Assembly: GCA_043228905.1 (NCBI GenBank)
Contig: JBHGNT010000017.1
Coordinates: 15,314,001-15,378,000 of the forward strand
DNA length: 64,000 nt
From: Azolla caroliniana
Taxonomy: Eukaryota; Plantae; Polypodiophyta
Reading direction: 5' to 3'
Shown in pieces: positions 33,286 to 47,331 of the stretch (positions within the stretch are counted from its first letter, which is position 1; every line of letters starts with the position of its first letter). Below the pieces are notes generated by a model. That model did no database searches. It saw nothing but the letters and a program-made list of their open reading frames with translations, and was not told where the DNA came from. The position numbers and the translations under genes are program-made.

Positions 33286-34821
33286 ACGGTTGCCTACCGA
33301 GCACCGATTGTAATCTGGCCGGATGCCTATAAAAGGATCCGATGTTTTGTAATGAAGGGCGAAGAATTAATATAGTTTTGCTTATGCTGATTAATCTTGT
33401 CTTCGTCTGTGCTTAACTGTAATTATCATACGCGTGTATTAACATCCTATCCCTACCACCCCTTTGGAGAAGTGTCGGATAGACACCTGTGTTGAGGCTA
33501 GTCCAGCCATACATACAACACCGATGTCTCGGTGCCTGCTTCAGGCTATAAAGACTCTTCCTAAGTCGACAAACTAGACGTTCTTGGCTGGGTACAACAA
33601 AACCTTTCAGTTGTTCCATATAAATCTCCTCCTCAAGATCACCATGGAGGAATGTTGTCTTGAAGTCTAGTTGAATCAGCTCCAAATCCTTTGCTGCCAC
33701 AACATCGAGCAAAAATTGAATGGTCGTCATTTTCCCCACTCGTGAAAAAATTTCGTCAAAGTTGACGCCATATTCCTGCCGGAAACCCTTCACTACTAAT
33801 CTGGCTTTATACTTGGGACATGCCGAATAGACGTCTCTTTTAGCCAATATACCCACTTGCACAGAAGAGCACATGCACATCGATTTTTCGGCAATTCATT
33901 TTAGACTCATGTCTTATTGTGTCAAATGGAGTTCATTTTAGACTCCATTACCGGATGTCAGGTGGCCGAATTGGCACATGCTGATGCTTCTTCATATGAT
34001 GTTGGCTCGCCAGCGTCCATGAAGAAGAATCTGAGAGTATCTCTCTAGAGGCTACGATAGTCTCTCAGATATTCATGAAATGACTAGGCTAGCCGGATTG
34101 GGTGGGGTGGTCGATGGTCTGAAGCCGAAACATTCGGTTGTGCCGAGTCGGCATTATCTGAATCAATGTTAGAGAGTTCAGCTACCTGTGAAGTTGATCT
34201 CATATTCTGGGTTGGGCAGTCAAGAAGAGACGGCACATCTGAAAAAACTACTCTTTAGACTTCAATTGGCCTTTTGGAGCCGACTCATTGAAAACGACAT
34301 CCAAACTTTGGTCGACTTGTATGCTTTCAAGGTCCTAGAGTCGATAGTCAAAATTGTTGTCTAGTCCATAGCCAAGGAAAATACATTTCCTAGACCTTAA
34401 TTGTAACTTCCGACGATCATCTTTCGGCACAAGTGTGAATGCTTTGCAGCTGAAAATTAGCAGCTTCTTGCCTATCCAAAGCTCCTACGGAATTTGAAGT
34501 CCTAGAGGCCTACTCGGTGACATGTTGATTATGTGCATTGTTATGAGTAGAACCTCCGCCCAGAAACCATCCGACAATCCAGAATGTTGCAACATGGCGA
34601 CAATTCGTTCTTGAATTGTCTAATACATTCATTCTGCAACGCCATTTTGTTCCGGACTGTGTGGTGCCATGAATTAACGTCTAATGTCGCACTGTCGGCA
34701 AAATCTAACGAATTCTTTAGACTTAAACTCTCCATCTTTATTCAACCATAAGCATTTCAACTTCAGGGTGGTCTGATTCTCCACCATTGCGAACCATTTA
34801 GAAAAGATCATGAACACGTGA

Positions 34822-35872
34822 TGTCGTGAAGGATTTTCTTCACGATATAAAAATAAACTTAAATATTGTATTTACTAATATTTCAAACACTTGAACCTAC
34901 AACCTTATAAACCAAGCACAATGTACGTGCCACTAAGCTAGGCTATTTACTTTTAGAAATATTGAAAAGAATGTGCTTCATGATATAAGAATGAAGCTAA
35001 ATATTGTATTGAGTAAAATTGAGAGACTTGAACCCTCAACCTTGTATACCAAGCACAAGGTATACACCACTTAGCTAGGTTAGTTATTTTGGAATATATT
35101 TCCATCATTATACTTTCCCATGTCTATTTTCATACATGGAAGCTCAAATGAGCGAGATGTCTATCATGCATCACATGCATTGCATGCATGTCTTTACCCT
35201 CACATGCATTATATGCATGGGGGAACCTATAAAAAGAGGGGAATCAAGTAAGGGAGGGGAATCAATCAAGAGAAAATTAGAACATAATTAATAAAATAAA
35301 CAAGTTAGCTTGTTGGTGAAGAGACACGTGTTTCCAAGTTCGAGTCAAGGGTTCAAATCAAGAGTCGGTAGAGAAAGCATTGTAATGTTGGTAAAAACTT
35401 GTTCTCCTAATATGAATCATGTTCATATCTTATACTCTTTCTTCTTAAATCATACATTCTCTCTATCTTTTATCTATGCTCATCTCTCTCACACACATTA
35501 CTTTAAACTCTTATTCTTCTTATCCTTAATCTTCCTAACATTTGTGCGCAAAACGTTATAAAAGTTTCGTCAACTCCCTTTAACCTTAGTCCCTACGACT
35601 TCGCTGCACGAACCACAACTACCCCGACACATTTGGTGAACCCGACGTGAAATATAAATCATGTTAACATCATATACTATTGCTTATTGAATCATATATT
35701 GTCTTTATCTCTATTCTACGCTCGTCTCTTTGTCACACAATACTTTTAACTCTTATTCTTCCTATCCTTAATATTCCTAACATCGATGCACAAAGCCTTA
35801 TAAAATATATAGTTGACTCCCGTTAACCTTAGTCCCTACGACTTCGCCGCACGAATCACAACCACCCCGACA
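34822..35872 (+). mobile_element. Trp-primed family remnant: LTR (34822-35629), PBS (35634-35651), partial second LTR (~35655-35872)
   Basis: TGTCGTGAAG start, two CCCCGACA ends; flanks GTGA/ACGA consistent with a decayed GCGA TSD. Confidence 0.82.
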
Positions 35873-36634
35873 ACGATCCTTTGTTTGGATTGGATATGCC
35901 CACACCTTCCTTGTCGAATCATCAATAAATGTGACCTAGTAGGAGGCGCCATTGAGAAATTGGTGTGGCATCAAGCCATAGATGTCTAAATGGACCGAAT
36001 CGAGTGGACTTGATTCTCTTAGTGTGGCTGTAGGGTGTGACGCCATGAATTTCTTGTCGTATTGGCAATGCTCGCAGAACTGGTGACAAAAAACGAAGAG
36101 TTTGGGGATGTATTCGACTTTGGGTAAATGTGTGACACCAACTTTGCTGAGGTGATTGAGTTGGTCATGCCATACCGATGACACGGGGATATCTACCAAG
36201 AATAACTCACCCTCTCTGAAAGTGACTTAGCATGTACAATGAATGTACCTTCGGCCCTCGTGCAAGTAAGAGGTTCCCCTTGTGGAATGTCCACCCTCCT
36301 AACAAGAAGCTGGTAGGATGCCGCCTTCGTCTAGTTGTCCAACCGAGATCAGCAGTCTGGTGAGCTCAGGTACATGTCAAACATTGTGTAGTACAATGGT
36401 AGAGCCACCCGAAAGGTTGAGCTCCACCGTGCTGATGCTGATTATGGCACAATGTTGCGAATTTTCGACTCAGACTGAGTTAGAGTGTCAGGCCAAATAC
36501 TACCAAAATTGGGCCAAAATTGGGCCAAAATTTGGTATGACACACCCGAGTCGAGAAGCCAAGTAGTCAATGCTTCAGTTTTGAGTGTCGTGACTGTAGA
36601 GTAGAAGAGAGATAGATAAAAAGATGATGATAGA

Positions 36635-36705
<71 letters not shown>

Positions 36706-39700
36706 ACAATAGAAATGGAAAAGAGTTTATATTATAAGAGAACAAAGGTTACAAAGAGTAGGCTAAGGGGCCGAAGACTGGTGTTGAATTGAATGAGTTG
36801 TGATGAATGAATAAACACCTATTTATAGGTCCTTATGGAGTATTCTAGAATGTTCTAGAATATCTTAGATATTTAATATAATCATGGAATATCCTAGACA
36901 TCATATATGTCATTATAATATCATATACATCATATAATCATGGAATATCCTAGACATCAAATATCTTGTAATAACTTAATTATTATGACTATACATCATA
37001 TATATCATTATAATGGTTAAAGGTCTAACACATAGACCAAGACATTGTGGGTTTGAATCCTTGTAAGCTAAAATGTATGTCTTCATGATGACGAGTTCCA
37101 CGAGTCGGAAGACAAGATTTCAGACTTGGCTTATGGACATATTTGTTGTGAAATGCAGAAACCATGTCGGAGGCATTAGCAAGATTCTCGGGAGGCTCCC
37201 ATGTTCGGTCATTAGGTGTATAACCTAACCATTCAACCAAATAATACAATTTGTTGTGGACGATCTTGGAGTCGAGAATGGCAACAACTTCATATTCAAA
37301 GCCATCGGAAACTTAGACTGGAGGTAGGGGAGATGTAAGACGACCCGGAATAGAGCTAATTGTGTCGGGCTCCAAAAGTGAAACATGGAAGACCGGGTGA
37401 AGACTCATATGAGAAGGAAGATCAATGCGAAATGCCACATCATTGATCTTACCAGATATCACATATGGGCCAAAACGTTGATAATCCAATTCACACCTTG
37501 TAAGAGCCATACTCGATCTCCCACTTGAAATGTAGTCGATGAATCACGTTGATGACGGTCAACAACCTTCTTTTGAGTGTTTTGAGCATTACATAAATGG
37601 TGCAAAATATCCTGAATTTCTTGGAGTCGAGTGAGCCGATCTTTAGCAGCCAAGTTTGTTGGGAGTTTGGGATGTTCAAGCATCATCCAACGAGGATGGT
37701 ACCCAATTTTCACAAAAAATGGGGAATATCTAGTAGAATAATGTTCTAAGTTGTTGTAAGCAAATTCCACCAAATGTAATAGATCAACCCAATCATCTTG
37801 TTAATAGTTGACAAAACAACGAAGATATTGTTCTACTGTTTGGTTGATGCACTCACTCTGCCCGTTAGTTTTTGGATGGTAGCAGGAAGAGAGTTTGCAA
37901 GAAGTATGTAAGAGTTTGAACATGTGCCACCAAAATTTTGAGATGAACTGGGGACCCCGATCACTGATAATATCATCAGGAAAACCATGATGGCGAAACA
38001 CCTCTCGCATGAGTAACTCGGCTGTCTCTTGGCTAGTAATGGCCTTTGTGCATGGAATTAAATGTGCCATCTTCGTAAAATGATCTACTACCGTGAGAAT
38101 AGAATCAAAACCCTTGGAAGGTGGTAGATTTGTAATGAAGTCCAATGAAATAGATTTCCATGGACTCTCAGGAATAGGCATTGGTTGTAATAAGCCATAT
38201 GGATGATGTCAAGGTTTTCTGGATCGGCAACATGTATCACAACTACGAACATAATCCGTAGTTGTGAACGTCTTGTGGATGCCGAAATGTCTAGTCATTG
38301 GTGTGTCATGACATTGTTGCAAGACTTGGTGTCAAGAAGAACCATCAGACACATACAAGAGATTTTGTCGAAAAAGTAAACCATCATGCCAACTGAATTG
38401 GTTGTAGTCTTGACGAGGATTTTTAGATTGTGAACAAGAAGTACGATCTATGATAATATGGTTCAAAATCTTAGGCGGATTCATCAGCCTCAATATCCTC
38501 TCGAATGGAATCAAGAGGACTTGAATCTCTGGGTCTCTGTATAGCATGAAATGCCATTAGTCGTAGACGATCAGGACCCAAGAGGATTTGCTTCTGACTT
38601 TCAAATGCGGCCTCTCCTGGTTGAAGTTCCATATATGAACGTTGAGATAAAGCATTTGATTTTCCTTATTGCATCCTAGGGCGATATAGAATTACGAAAT
38701 CAAAACAAGTTAAGAACTGTGCCCAACGAGCTTGTCGACGACTCAAGACTCAAGCACTTTGGAAGTACGTTAGATTTTTGTTATCATTGTAGACAATGGT
38801 ATGTTGAGAAAAACCCTCCAAAAAATGATGTCATTGTTGAAAAGAATCCACAGTGCCAAGAAGCTCTTTGTTGTGAATCTCATAGTTGATTTCTGCACCT
38901 TCAAATTTTCGTGATTGAAAAGCCGCAGGGTGCAGTTGGCCATCATCACCAATCTGGGATAGTACACTTCCTAGTGCGAAGTTAGATACATCAACTTTGC
39001 GTATAAAGCACTTCACTGGATCAACATGCATCAAAATTGGTGCGAATGTAAATGCTTGCTTTGAACCTTCAAATGCAAAGTTTGCATTTGTACTCCACAC
39101 AAATGGTCCATTCTTTTGTGTCAGTTGAGTGAAGGGCAATACAATCTTTGAATAATCTTTGATGAACTTGCAATAAAAGTTTGTGAACCCCAAAAAACAT
39201 TGTACATCTCGCACTGAATGTGGTCTTTGCCAATCCAAAACTGTTTGAAACTTTGTTGGGTCCATAGAGATGCCATGTGAAGAGACTATGTACCCAAAGA
39301 ATTCCACTTGACGCTGGTCGAAACTACACTTCTCCAATTTTGCATAGAGACCATATTCACGCAACCGTTGCAAAGCTTGCTGAATGTGTATATCATTCTC
39401 CTCTTGAGTTTTTTAGTAGATCAAGATATCATCAAGGTAAACTATGATGAAAATACCAAGGAAATCTCAAAAAATGTCATTCGCCATATGTTGGAAAACT
39501 ATTGGTGCATTCGTGAGACCAAATGGCATCATAATATACTCTAAATGGCCATAACAAGTATGGAAAGCAGTCTTCCATTAATCCCCATGATGAGTTCAAA
39601 CGTGGTTGTAAACACCTCGAAAATCTAACTTTGTGAAATATTTAGCTCCATTGAGGCGTTCCAGAAGGCTTGAGATCAATGGTAGAGCATATCAGTTTCA

Positions 39701-39870
39701 AATAGTTACTTTATTCAATCCCCAATAATCCATGACCAGAAGAAGAGAACCATCTTTCTTCTTAACGAAAAATATGGGTGCGCCAGTAGGAGATTTTGAA
39801 TATTGGATAAACCCATTTGCCAAGTTCGCATTGATATATTCCAGAAGAACCTCTAGATCCATGAGCAAAA

Positions 39871-40393
39871 TGTTGGGAATTCGGATGAGATCCGGAGGAG
39901 CCGGAAGGAACCAGACCGGATGCAGCAACTAGACTGAACTGGAAGATATCCGGATGGATCCGGTGTGAACCAGATCTAGGGACATATATGCAAATATGTT
40001 TCTGGTGTGCCTGTAAAGGCTATATTTGTAAATAGTCTTAAAGTGAAATAAGTATAAATATGACTTAGGGCAATCACTTTGCCATAGAATTTTAGTGTTG
40101 TTGTTGTTGTTGTTAGTTGTATCATAATAGTACACAGAGAGAGAGAGAGAAGTGAAGCTGCCGGTTGGCGAAGATACAAAGCTCGAGGTTGTTGCCTCTA
40201 AGTCTCCTGTTGTACCTCCTTTCTCATATAATGATAGTTGGAGTCTGTGGGCTCCCGTGGTTTTTCCCTATTAGGGCTTTCCACGTAAACATCCTATGTC
40301 GTCTCTTCTGTGTAACTGTACAAACCTCCATTTCTGTTTTGTTCTTTCATAAAGTGTTTGAGTCTCGGTTGTGGCCAAGCGCTATTCCGCACA
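39871..40393 (+). repeat. Solo LTR related to 5510-6140, inserted in chromovirus pol
   Basis: TGTTGGGA..CCGCACA; perfect TSD CAAAA. Confidence 0.9.
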
Positions 40394-41590
40394 CAAAAGG
40401 TTATAAATTGGCCCCCATGGAGGCTCTTTTCCGGGATACAAATCAATTGGGCAACCATATGGTGGATGCTCTGGTAATCTATTCGCCTTCAACTTATCGA
40501 ACACGTCGGAGAATTTTGTATATTTCTTCGGTAGTTGGACCCCCAATTCTTGTGAGCTCGATGTGGGAGTTGCTAAAACTACGAACACAAACATGTCTTC
40601 TTTCCGCCATTCCTCACATAACTTATGTACAGAGATTCTTGAAATCTTTTGGAATCTCATATCCCTTGTTGGAGTTTTAAGAGACTTAGACTGTACTGTG
40701 ACCCCTTCAATGGTTCTTTTTCTCCCATCAATAGTTGAGTTATGTAGCTCAAACCATGGAAGACCAAGAACTAGGGAGTGCTCTGGACTACTAATGATGT
40801 TCATTGATATGACACTAGCCAAATCGCCTAGGACTACATGAATTGGTTCAGACTCTTCAACTATATCACCTAATGCTATGGGGCATCCATTAATGACTCC
40901 GATAGACACTGGGCTTGGGAGCTTATGCAATTGAATATTATGCATTACAGCGAACTCATGATCCATGAAACAAGAGTTGGCTCTAGAGTCTAAGAGGGCA
41001 GAAGTTGGGACTCGATGGCACCTAGATGTGTTAAGCTCAACTTGTGCAGAGAAAACTCGACTAACTCGACTGGATGAAATGGAACCACGACCAGGGACAA
41101 ACGCTATATGCCTAGGGCTATCCAACCAAATGGCTCCTATTTTGGCCGAACTTACTCGTTTAACACATCGTCTAATTGGCTCAAGACATCAAATGTATTT
41201 TTATGACAAGGGCTACTAGGCCTACTTGGGTTACGAGAAAGCGGGGCAGCAATTGAAATGGGGTTGTCATGGGCACTTACTTGGTTAACTTGTCGTCGTG
41301 GTTTATGTGGACAATTCATAACAATATGTCCAAAACCACCACAATAGAGGCATAGATGATTCGCTCGACGTCGTTGCTTTTCAACATCTTATAATGATCC
41401 TCGACGTCGTGTTGTCTCGATTTCCATTGGAGTAGGGCCTTTCACCAAACTTGGGTTTGACACTTGGGGTGGAGTTGCGACCACCGAAGCATATGTTTTT
41501 GCTAGTCGGAAGCGTAACATTTGTTGGCATTCAGAACGCCGCTCAAATAAGCGATTGTCACTTCACACGACCCAACTTATTGCTTCAATA

Positions 41591-42352
41591 CATGGTTGTT
41601 TACGTACCCGTATTTAACGTTTAAATACGTATAGTACCTCATCATTTGTATAGTACGTACTATACCTGAATGTTGTTCAGTCAAATATCATGTACATTTG
41701 TCCAATACAGTATTTAATGTATTTATAAATAAACAAGTATAATACGTATTTATAAAGAAAATGTAAGTAAAACCCCAACAAAAAGCTAAAGAATTTTTTT
41801 TTTTTTAGTGAAAAAGAAGCCAAAGGAAGGAAGAAAGAAGAATAGAAGAGACGACGATGAAGAAGATGAAGAAGAAGAAGAAGAAGAAAACGAAGAAAAG
41901 AGAAACCTATCATGAGTGTGATAATCGTAGATGATTCCTCAATCTATGAAGGCATAATTGTAAATAATTACAATTTGAAGTAGAACATCGTGATACACAC
42001 TTACACTGATTTATATAATAAGGGAATGCCGACATCCATATTACCACAAGTATTTTAGGATGTGAAATGTTCAAATGTCTTATATGCATTTTAGGATGTA
42101 GAACTATACTGTACATCACAAAATTGTGTAAACATAGATGTTTTTTACAATATTATAGATATTTTTTAGAAAGGTAAATAATTTTCAAATTCTAGAAGTA
42201 TTTGACATACTATACGTAAAATACATATTTTACGTATTTTATAAGTATTTAACATATTAAGAAAACGTATTTAACGTATTTTTAAATTGGGAGGTATACG
42301 TGTATTAATACGTTATATACGTATGGTATCCGTACCGTACCTAACAACCTTG
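41591..42352. mobile_element. Putative non-autonomous DNA transposon (hAT-like MITE) in chromovirus gag
   Basis: TIR CATGGTTGTT / AACAACCTTG, subterminal TACGTA repeats, AT-rich; degenerate 8-bp TSD CTTCAATA / GTTCAGTA. Confidence 0.65.
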
Positions 42353-44863
42353 CAAGTTCAGTAAGAGATTTTGGATCACCATGGAAGGTAAGAAATAAAT
42401 CATTCACATTGTTGCACAGACCTTGATGAAATTGGTCCATTAACGCCACCTCATCCCATGGAATATCACATGGTAGGAGGCGAAAATCTGCAACATAAGC
42501 GAAAGCATGACGAACTCCTTATCGTAATCATCGATTTTTTTTATTGTTGTCCTCATACTATCGGTGTCTCCAAAGTTGGCTTGGAATTCTTTTATAAACC
42601 CTTCAAAATCTTCTAACAATGGCGAGTGCTTCTCTAGGAGTGGTGCAAACCATGCTAACACGGTACCCATTAACAAGGTACCAACTAGTCCCACACGAGC
42701 AACATAAGTTGGGTAACGACGAGGATGCAATTTAATCACGAGCCGTACCTGATTTAAAAATCCATGAAATTGAGACCTTGTACCTAATTTAATCACGAGC
42801 CGGAAGACTAATATTTGGTTCTTTCGGCGAGGTTTGAACTTCTGCCGCTTGTCGTTGCAATAGTGTAGTCTCCAATTGATGCACCCGTTGAGATAATTCT
42901 TCATATTGTTGTACTTTCTCAGCACTTACTTGTTGTAGGTCTCCTAAAAATCTTTGATTTTCTTGCTCCAATGCCACGAATGTGGTTGTTAGCATGTTGC
43001 GCTCGGAGAGAACACAGATATATTCTTGCTTGCTGTTGGACTCCATAGTTACGAGAGAAAATTGCTAGATTTTCTTGAATAAGTTTAAGAGAAGAAGAAG
43101 AAGAAAAGAGATTCAGTTCAAATTGTCGTGACTTGAGGGTAGGAGAGAGAAAGATAAAAAGATGATGATAGAATGTATATAGAGAGAGAAAGAACTGTAG
43201 AAATGGAAAAGAGTTTATATTATAAGAGAACACAGATTACAAAGAGTAGGCTAAGGGGCCGAAGACGGGTGTTGAACCAAATGAGTTGTGATGAATGAAT
43301 AGACACCTATTTATAAGTACTTATGGATTATTCTAGAATGTTCTAGAATATTTATGATATTTATGATATTTAATATAATCATGGAATATTCTAGAATGTT
43401 CTCAAATACTCTAAATATCTTGTAATAACTAATAATATAATTATTATAACTATACATCATATATGTTATTATAATGGTTAAAGTTCTAACACATAGATCA
43501 AGACGTTGTGGGTTCGAATCCTTGTAAGCCAAAATGTATGTCTTCATGATAGAGAGTAGAACGTTTGACTCGATTGAATTTTCGATAAATAAGATGTTTG
43601 AGTCGTCAATCCCCTTTTTGCTCCAATCCCTAAGCTTTGTCATTCTTGGCCTTGAGGTTGTGGCAATCAACCTTAATATGTTCGGGTTTCTTGCAAATCG
43701 CAAATTCTACTATCCTTGGACTTGCTCTAGGTTCAAGCATTAATTGGCTACCGAGAAGAGCTTCTTCATTGGCTGTTCGAGTCGGTCAGCTGAACTCTGT
43801 ACTACATATTAAGCGTTTTTAACCAAATCGTGTACAAAAAACCTTTTTCAAGCGTCTTCAATCAAAATTGAGCTTTTGGCTTTTGAGTATTGCACAGATG
43901 CGCCCGACGCGTTGCACATAGTAGTGACAAAAGTTTCCTAAGAAGGGGGTAGATTGCTCATTAATACAAGAACTTTTAGCTCATGTTCGATTCTCATCCC
44001 CTGAGTAGAAAATTGGGAACTTATGCTTTTGTACTCATTTTATGTGTCTGGACCGAATCAAATTCTTTCATCTAACGGTTGTAAAGTTACTGGATCAAAT
44101 ATATCTTTGTGGCAGCGACCTTTTTCTCATAAGTGTTTGACAGTGTCTTCCATAGTTGGAATGTTGTCAGGATTGCACCGTGTACTCCAACAAGTGCATC
44201 TGAATGGTGGTCTGGACGATTCGATCTAATTTTGTCCACTCACTCGGCTTGTATTCTTCATGAGCTTGTTCGTACTTGGTTGGGTCAAGTTGGCCTTTCT
44301 AGATCAGCTAGTCCTACCTTTGCTCCTTCTAGAAGTTAAAGTTCAATCAGTCGAACTTTTTAGGACTCATCTCTGATGAGCCAGATGTGGAGGCTATTTT
44401 GTTTGTGTCATCTGAAAGTTCTGGTTGAGGTTGGCTACAATCGGTGAGAGGCTGCAACCGGCTCGTCTACCCGAAATTGATTTAGTTGAATTGGACATGA
44501 ACTAATTCGGTTAGCCAACTTGTTCTGCCCAGAGTGACTAAGGCCAAATCAAAGTAGAGCTGACTTGTCTATCCCAATTTTTCCTAGTCGAATTCGACAC
44601 GGATTTGTTGATTGAATTGCCAATTTGATTTCGGATGGCAATTGGATTGTCGAACTTGCTCAAGGTGGCTACGGTGAGTGGTGGGACAAAGCCGCCTGGT
44701 CTTCCCAAATATCGCCTAGCGGGATTGAGCATAATTATTTTCTGTTACTGGTCTTGTGGTCAGATACTCGCTCCTTTGGTATTCGACTCAAGGTCTTGTG
44801 GTAGGGAGACGGAAGCATGGTCAGGTTCTGTGGCTCGAGGAGACACCGATGATATGAATGAGG

Positions 44864-46436
44864 TGTAATACCTACGTGATTCATGAATCGAGTGGCGGTG
44901 ATTGTGGAGACTATGAACTGAGCCGGCTACAATCGATTGGGGATATGCAATACAATACAAATTAAAAGACAAGAGACGCCCAACATAGATCATAACTCTC
45001 AAAATAGAGAGGGTATATGCAAACAGATATTCTATTACAAGGCTTAGACTCTCAATACACTAATACAACTCTCTACAACTTTCCATTCCCCTTTTTATAG
45101 GGAGCATGGGCGGTTACGTCTAGAATGTGAACTGCTACTACTTCCTCTCATTATGTTACATGCATTTCCTTTTCCTTCTAGCTCCTTGTCCGGCCCCACC
45201 CATCTTTGATCCGACTCATAATCCTCCTTGACCTTTCCACACATGGGTTGTCCTGACTGGCCAACACCTGGCACGTCTATGGGACAATGCCTTTGCACGG
45301 TGGAACCCAACATGCCAAATAGGCGTCGTCAAAGATATGCAAAATGTTAGGCGTTTGTTGAGCCGATTCGCTAATGCCACTGGTGTTGTTACTGGGTGGT
45401 GCTGGAGCGTCCTCTATTTGCATGTCACGTGCTCTTTGGTCCTCTATGGCCGCTATCAGATCGTCTTCGGTTCTCGACCCTTCTTGACAGGATTCCTAGC
45501 TCAATATAGGCTGAGAGGCTTGGTCAACCTTATCGCCTTCCTCTAGCTGTCGAGTGGTCACGTCATCTTGTGTTTGCTCAATCAAGCTTGGTTGTGGTTG
45601 GTTGCGTCCCTCTATTTTTCTTTTGGACCGATTGGCGCTTATTCGTTTGCCAGGGATCTTGGGGTTACCTATAGCCATGTTCTAGGATTGCTCGCTAGAT
45701 TCGCTGTTGGGTAGAGTGATGTATTCCATCGCTTGCCCCTCCTTCTCCTCCCCTTCTACCTGAATTCCTTCGGCTTCGTATGCTTCCAATCCTACTGCAA
45801 GTTAAAGCTTGGCATCCCCGAATTCTTCCAGTAACCTCTGTTTTTCTTGGGAGTGGAGTTGGGCCAAGGTGTAGTAATCACTTGCTAGCTCCTTTTTCCA
45901 TCGCGTCAACAATCTTCTTCAGGGTCAGACTCTTGTGAGTGTCCAGTAGAACCCTAATCCTTTCTACACATTTCTGTTTCATTATCCTCAAGTTGTTTAA
46001 TCTTCCTTGCAGACGATGCCGATTGTACCTCATATCGCTCTTGTATTAAGCCCATGTTGGTCTACAAGTTCTTAATCTCTTTTTCAAGCAAACTCCTCCA
46101 TCCGAGCCACTTCCTTTTGCATGCCGAGTTGGATCTCTTCCACCATATGTCATTTCGCTGCCATCTAGCCCTCAAACCATTGTTGTTGTTTTTTCGCGGC
46201 CTCTTGTTGTTCTTGGATCGTCTCTTCAGCCTATGCCAACATGTTCCACTGGTCCTCGAAATCGGCTGAGAGCTTAATATGTTCCTTATTTAGCTCCTCT
46301 AGTTGGCCTTGGAGATCCTTTGTGGCCTTCTTGGCTTCTCTGACCGACAATTGTTAGAGTTCCTCTCTCAATCGAGCAATCTCTAACTCTGCCGCTACCG
46401 CCGTCTTCCTCGCTTTCTTAGTTATGGCCTTCTAGG
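44864..46436 (-). mobile_element. 3' remnant of a third Selgy-like element: accessory coiled-coil ORF (~45550-46436) and probable LTR (~45312-44864)
   Basis: Minus translation ELASDYYTLAQ..LLEEFGDAKL*LAVGLEAYE resembles ELSEDFYALAE..LVERLDDGQLETQLELEGYE. Confidence 0.6.
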
Positions 46437-46886
46437 TGTACTGTGTACTATCTGTATATTGTTGTTTCTTGGTTTGTATTATTTTCAGCCAGATAACAAC
46501 AATAGAACCAAAATGAAGGTTTAATGGAAGCTTAAGAATACACAATACACGGGAGAGACAGAGAGAGAAGAAATAACATAAAACTCAATTCCAAATAATA
46601 ACACTCTGTACATACAAATGTCCTACAGAACACTTTTTATACAATTCCTTAAAAGGACTAACAGAAGTACTAACATGTACTTCAATGCTCATACGAGCGA
46701 CTAACACTAACTCCAAGGAATTTGCCTACGTACTAGGCTAACATTGTAGACCTGTAATGGCTACCTGTTACAATCCAATCCGGCTCCTGGTTCCGGATAC
46801 CAATTCGGCTCCAGCTTATTCAGGTGATTCGGATCCGGTTCAGCTTGTCCGCTCAACGCTCCCTCTCAAGCTCAACTCGAGGTCAG

Positions 46887-46907
46887 TTTAGGGTTTAGGG
46901 TTTAGGG
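46887..46907 (+). repeat. (TTTAGGG)3 plant telomere-type tract
   Basis: Three perfect heptamers. Confidence 0.8.
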
Positions 46908-47026
46908 TTGAGCTTGTCCGCTCAACACTCGCTCAACTTGTCCGAATTGGCTATCTCCAATTCGACTTCAACCTTGAAGCCCTTCACCACATCGGACAAT
47001 GTTCGAGTCTTGGCCTTCTCCTTTTG

Positions 47027-47296
47027 TGTCAGGAACTACATGCTCCCATGAACACCGCTCGGCCACAACCGAGCTTAGAATCAAACACAGAAAATGGGAA
47101 TGAAAAAACACGACACAAAAGGAGAGAAGAGTACACATGATGTTTAACGTGGAAAACCCCGAGAGGGAAAAAACCACGGGAGTCCACAGACTCCAAACTA
47201 TCACTATATCACAATGATTACAACAATGAGTTCATGGAGGCAACGACCTCGTGCTCACGATCTTCACCACAGGCGGCGGTTACAACAGAGGCAACG

Positions 47297-47331
<35 letters not shown>

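Larger units (their letters stand above)
16479..33520 (+). mobile_element. Young non-autonomous Selgy/Athila-like gypsy element (gag-PR plus accessory ORF, no RT/RH/INT); 3' LTR split by insertion 21127-33285
   Basis: 5' LTR 16479-16848; 3' LTR 20988-21126 plus 33290-33520; perfect TSD CCGAT (16474-16478 / 33521-33525). Confidence 0.93.
36586..43551 (-). mobile_element. Degenerate chromovirus (Tcn1-like Ty3/gypsy) with LTRs 43124-43551 and 36586-37089
   Basis: Gag (41300-43046), PR ALLDS, RT, RH, integrase SISLDFIT..ISDRGPQF, chromodomain YYLVEWLGY..TWEPPENL; paired LTRs. Confidence 0.92.
15400..44400 (-). mobile_element. Old Ty1/copia host element related to 1-3805, in pieces at 15400-16478, 33521-34821, 35873-36585 and 43552-44400
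   Basis: Minus-strand RH/RT (15500-16478, 33521-33900), integrase (34300-36200), protease (~36300-36580) and gag (43552-44380) are collinear across the insertions. Confidence 0.82.

Noticed and set aside
36637-36704. (TA)n(GA)n and other dinucleotide microsatellites
   Set aside because: Ordinary slippage tracts within LTRs
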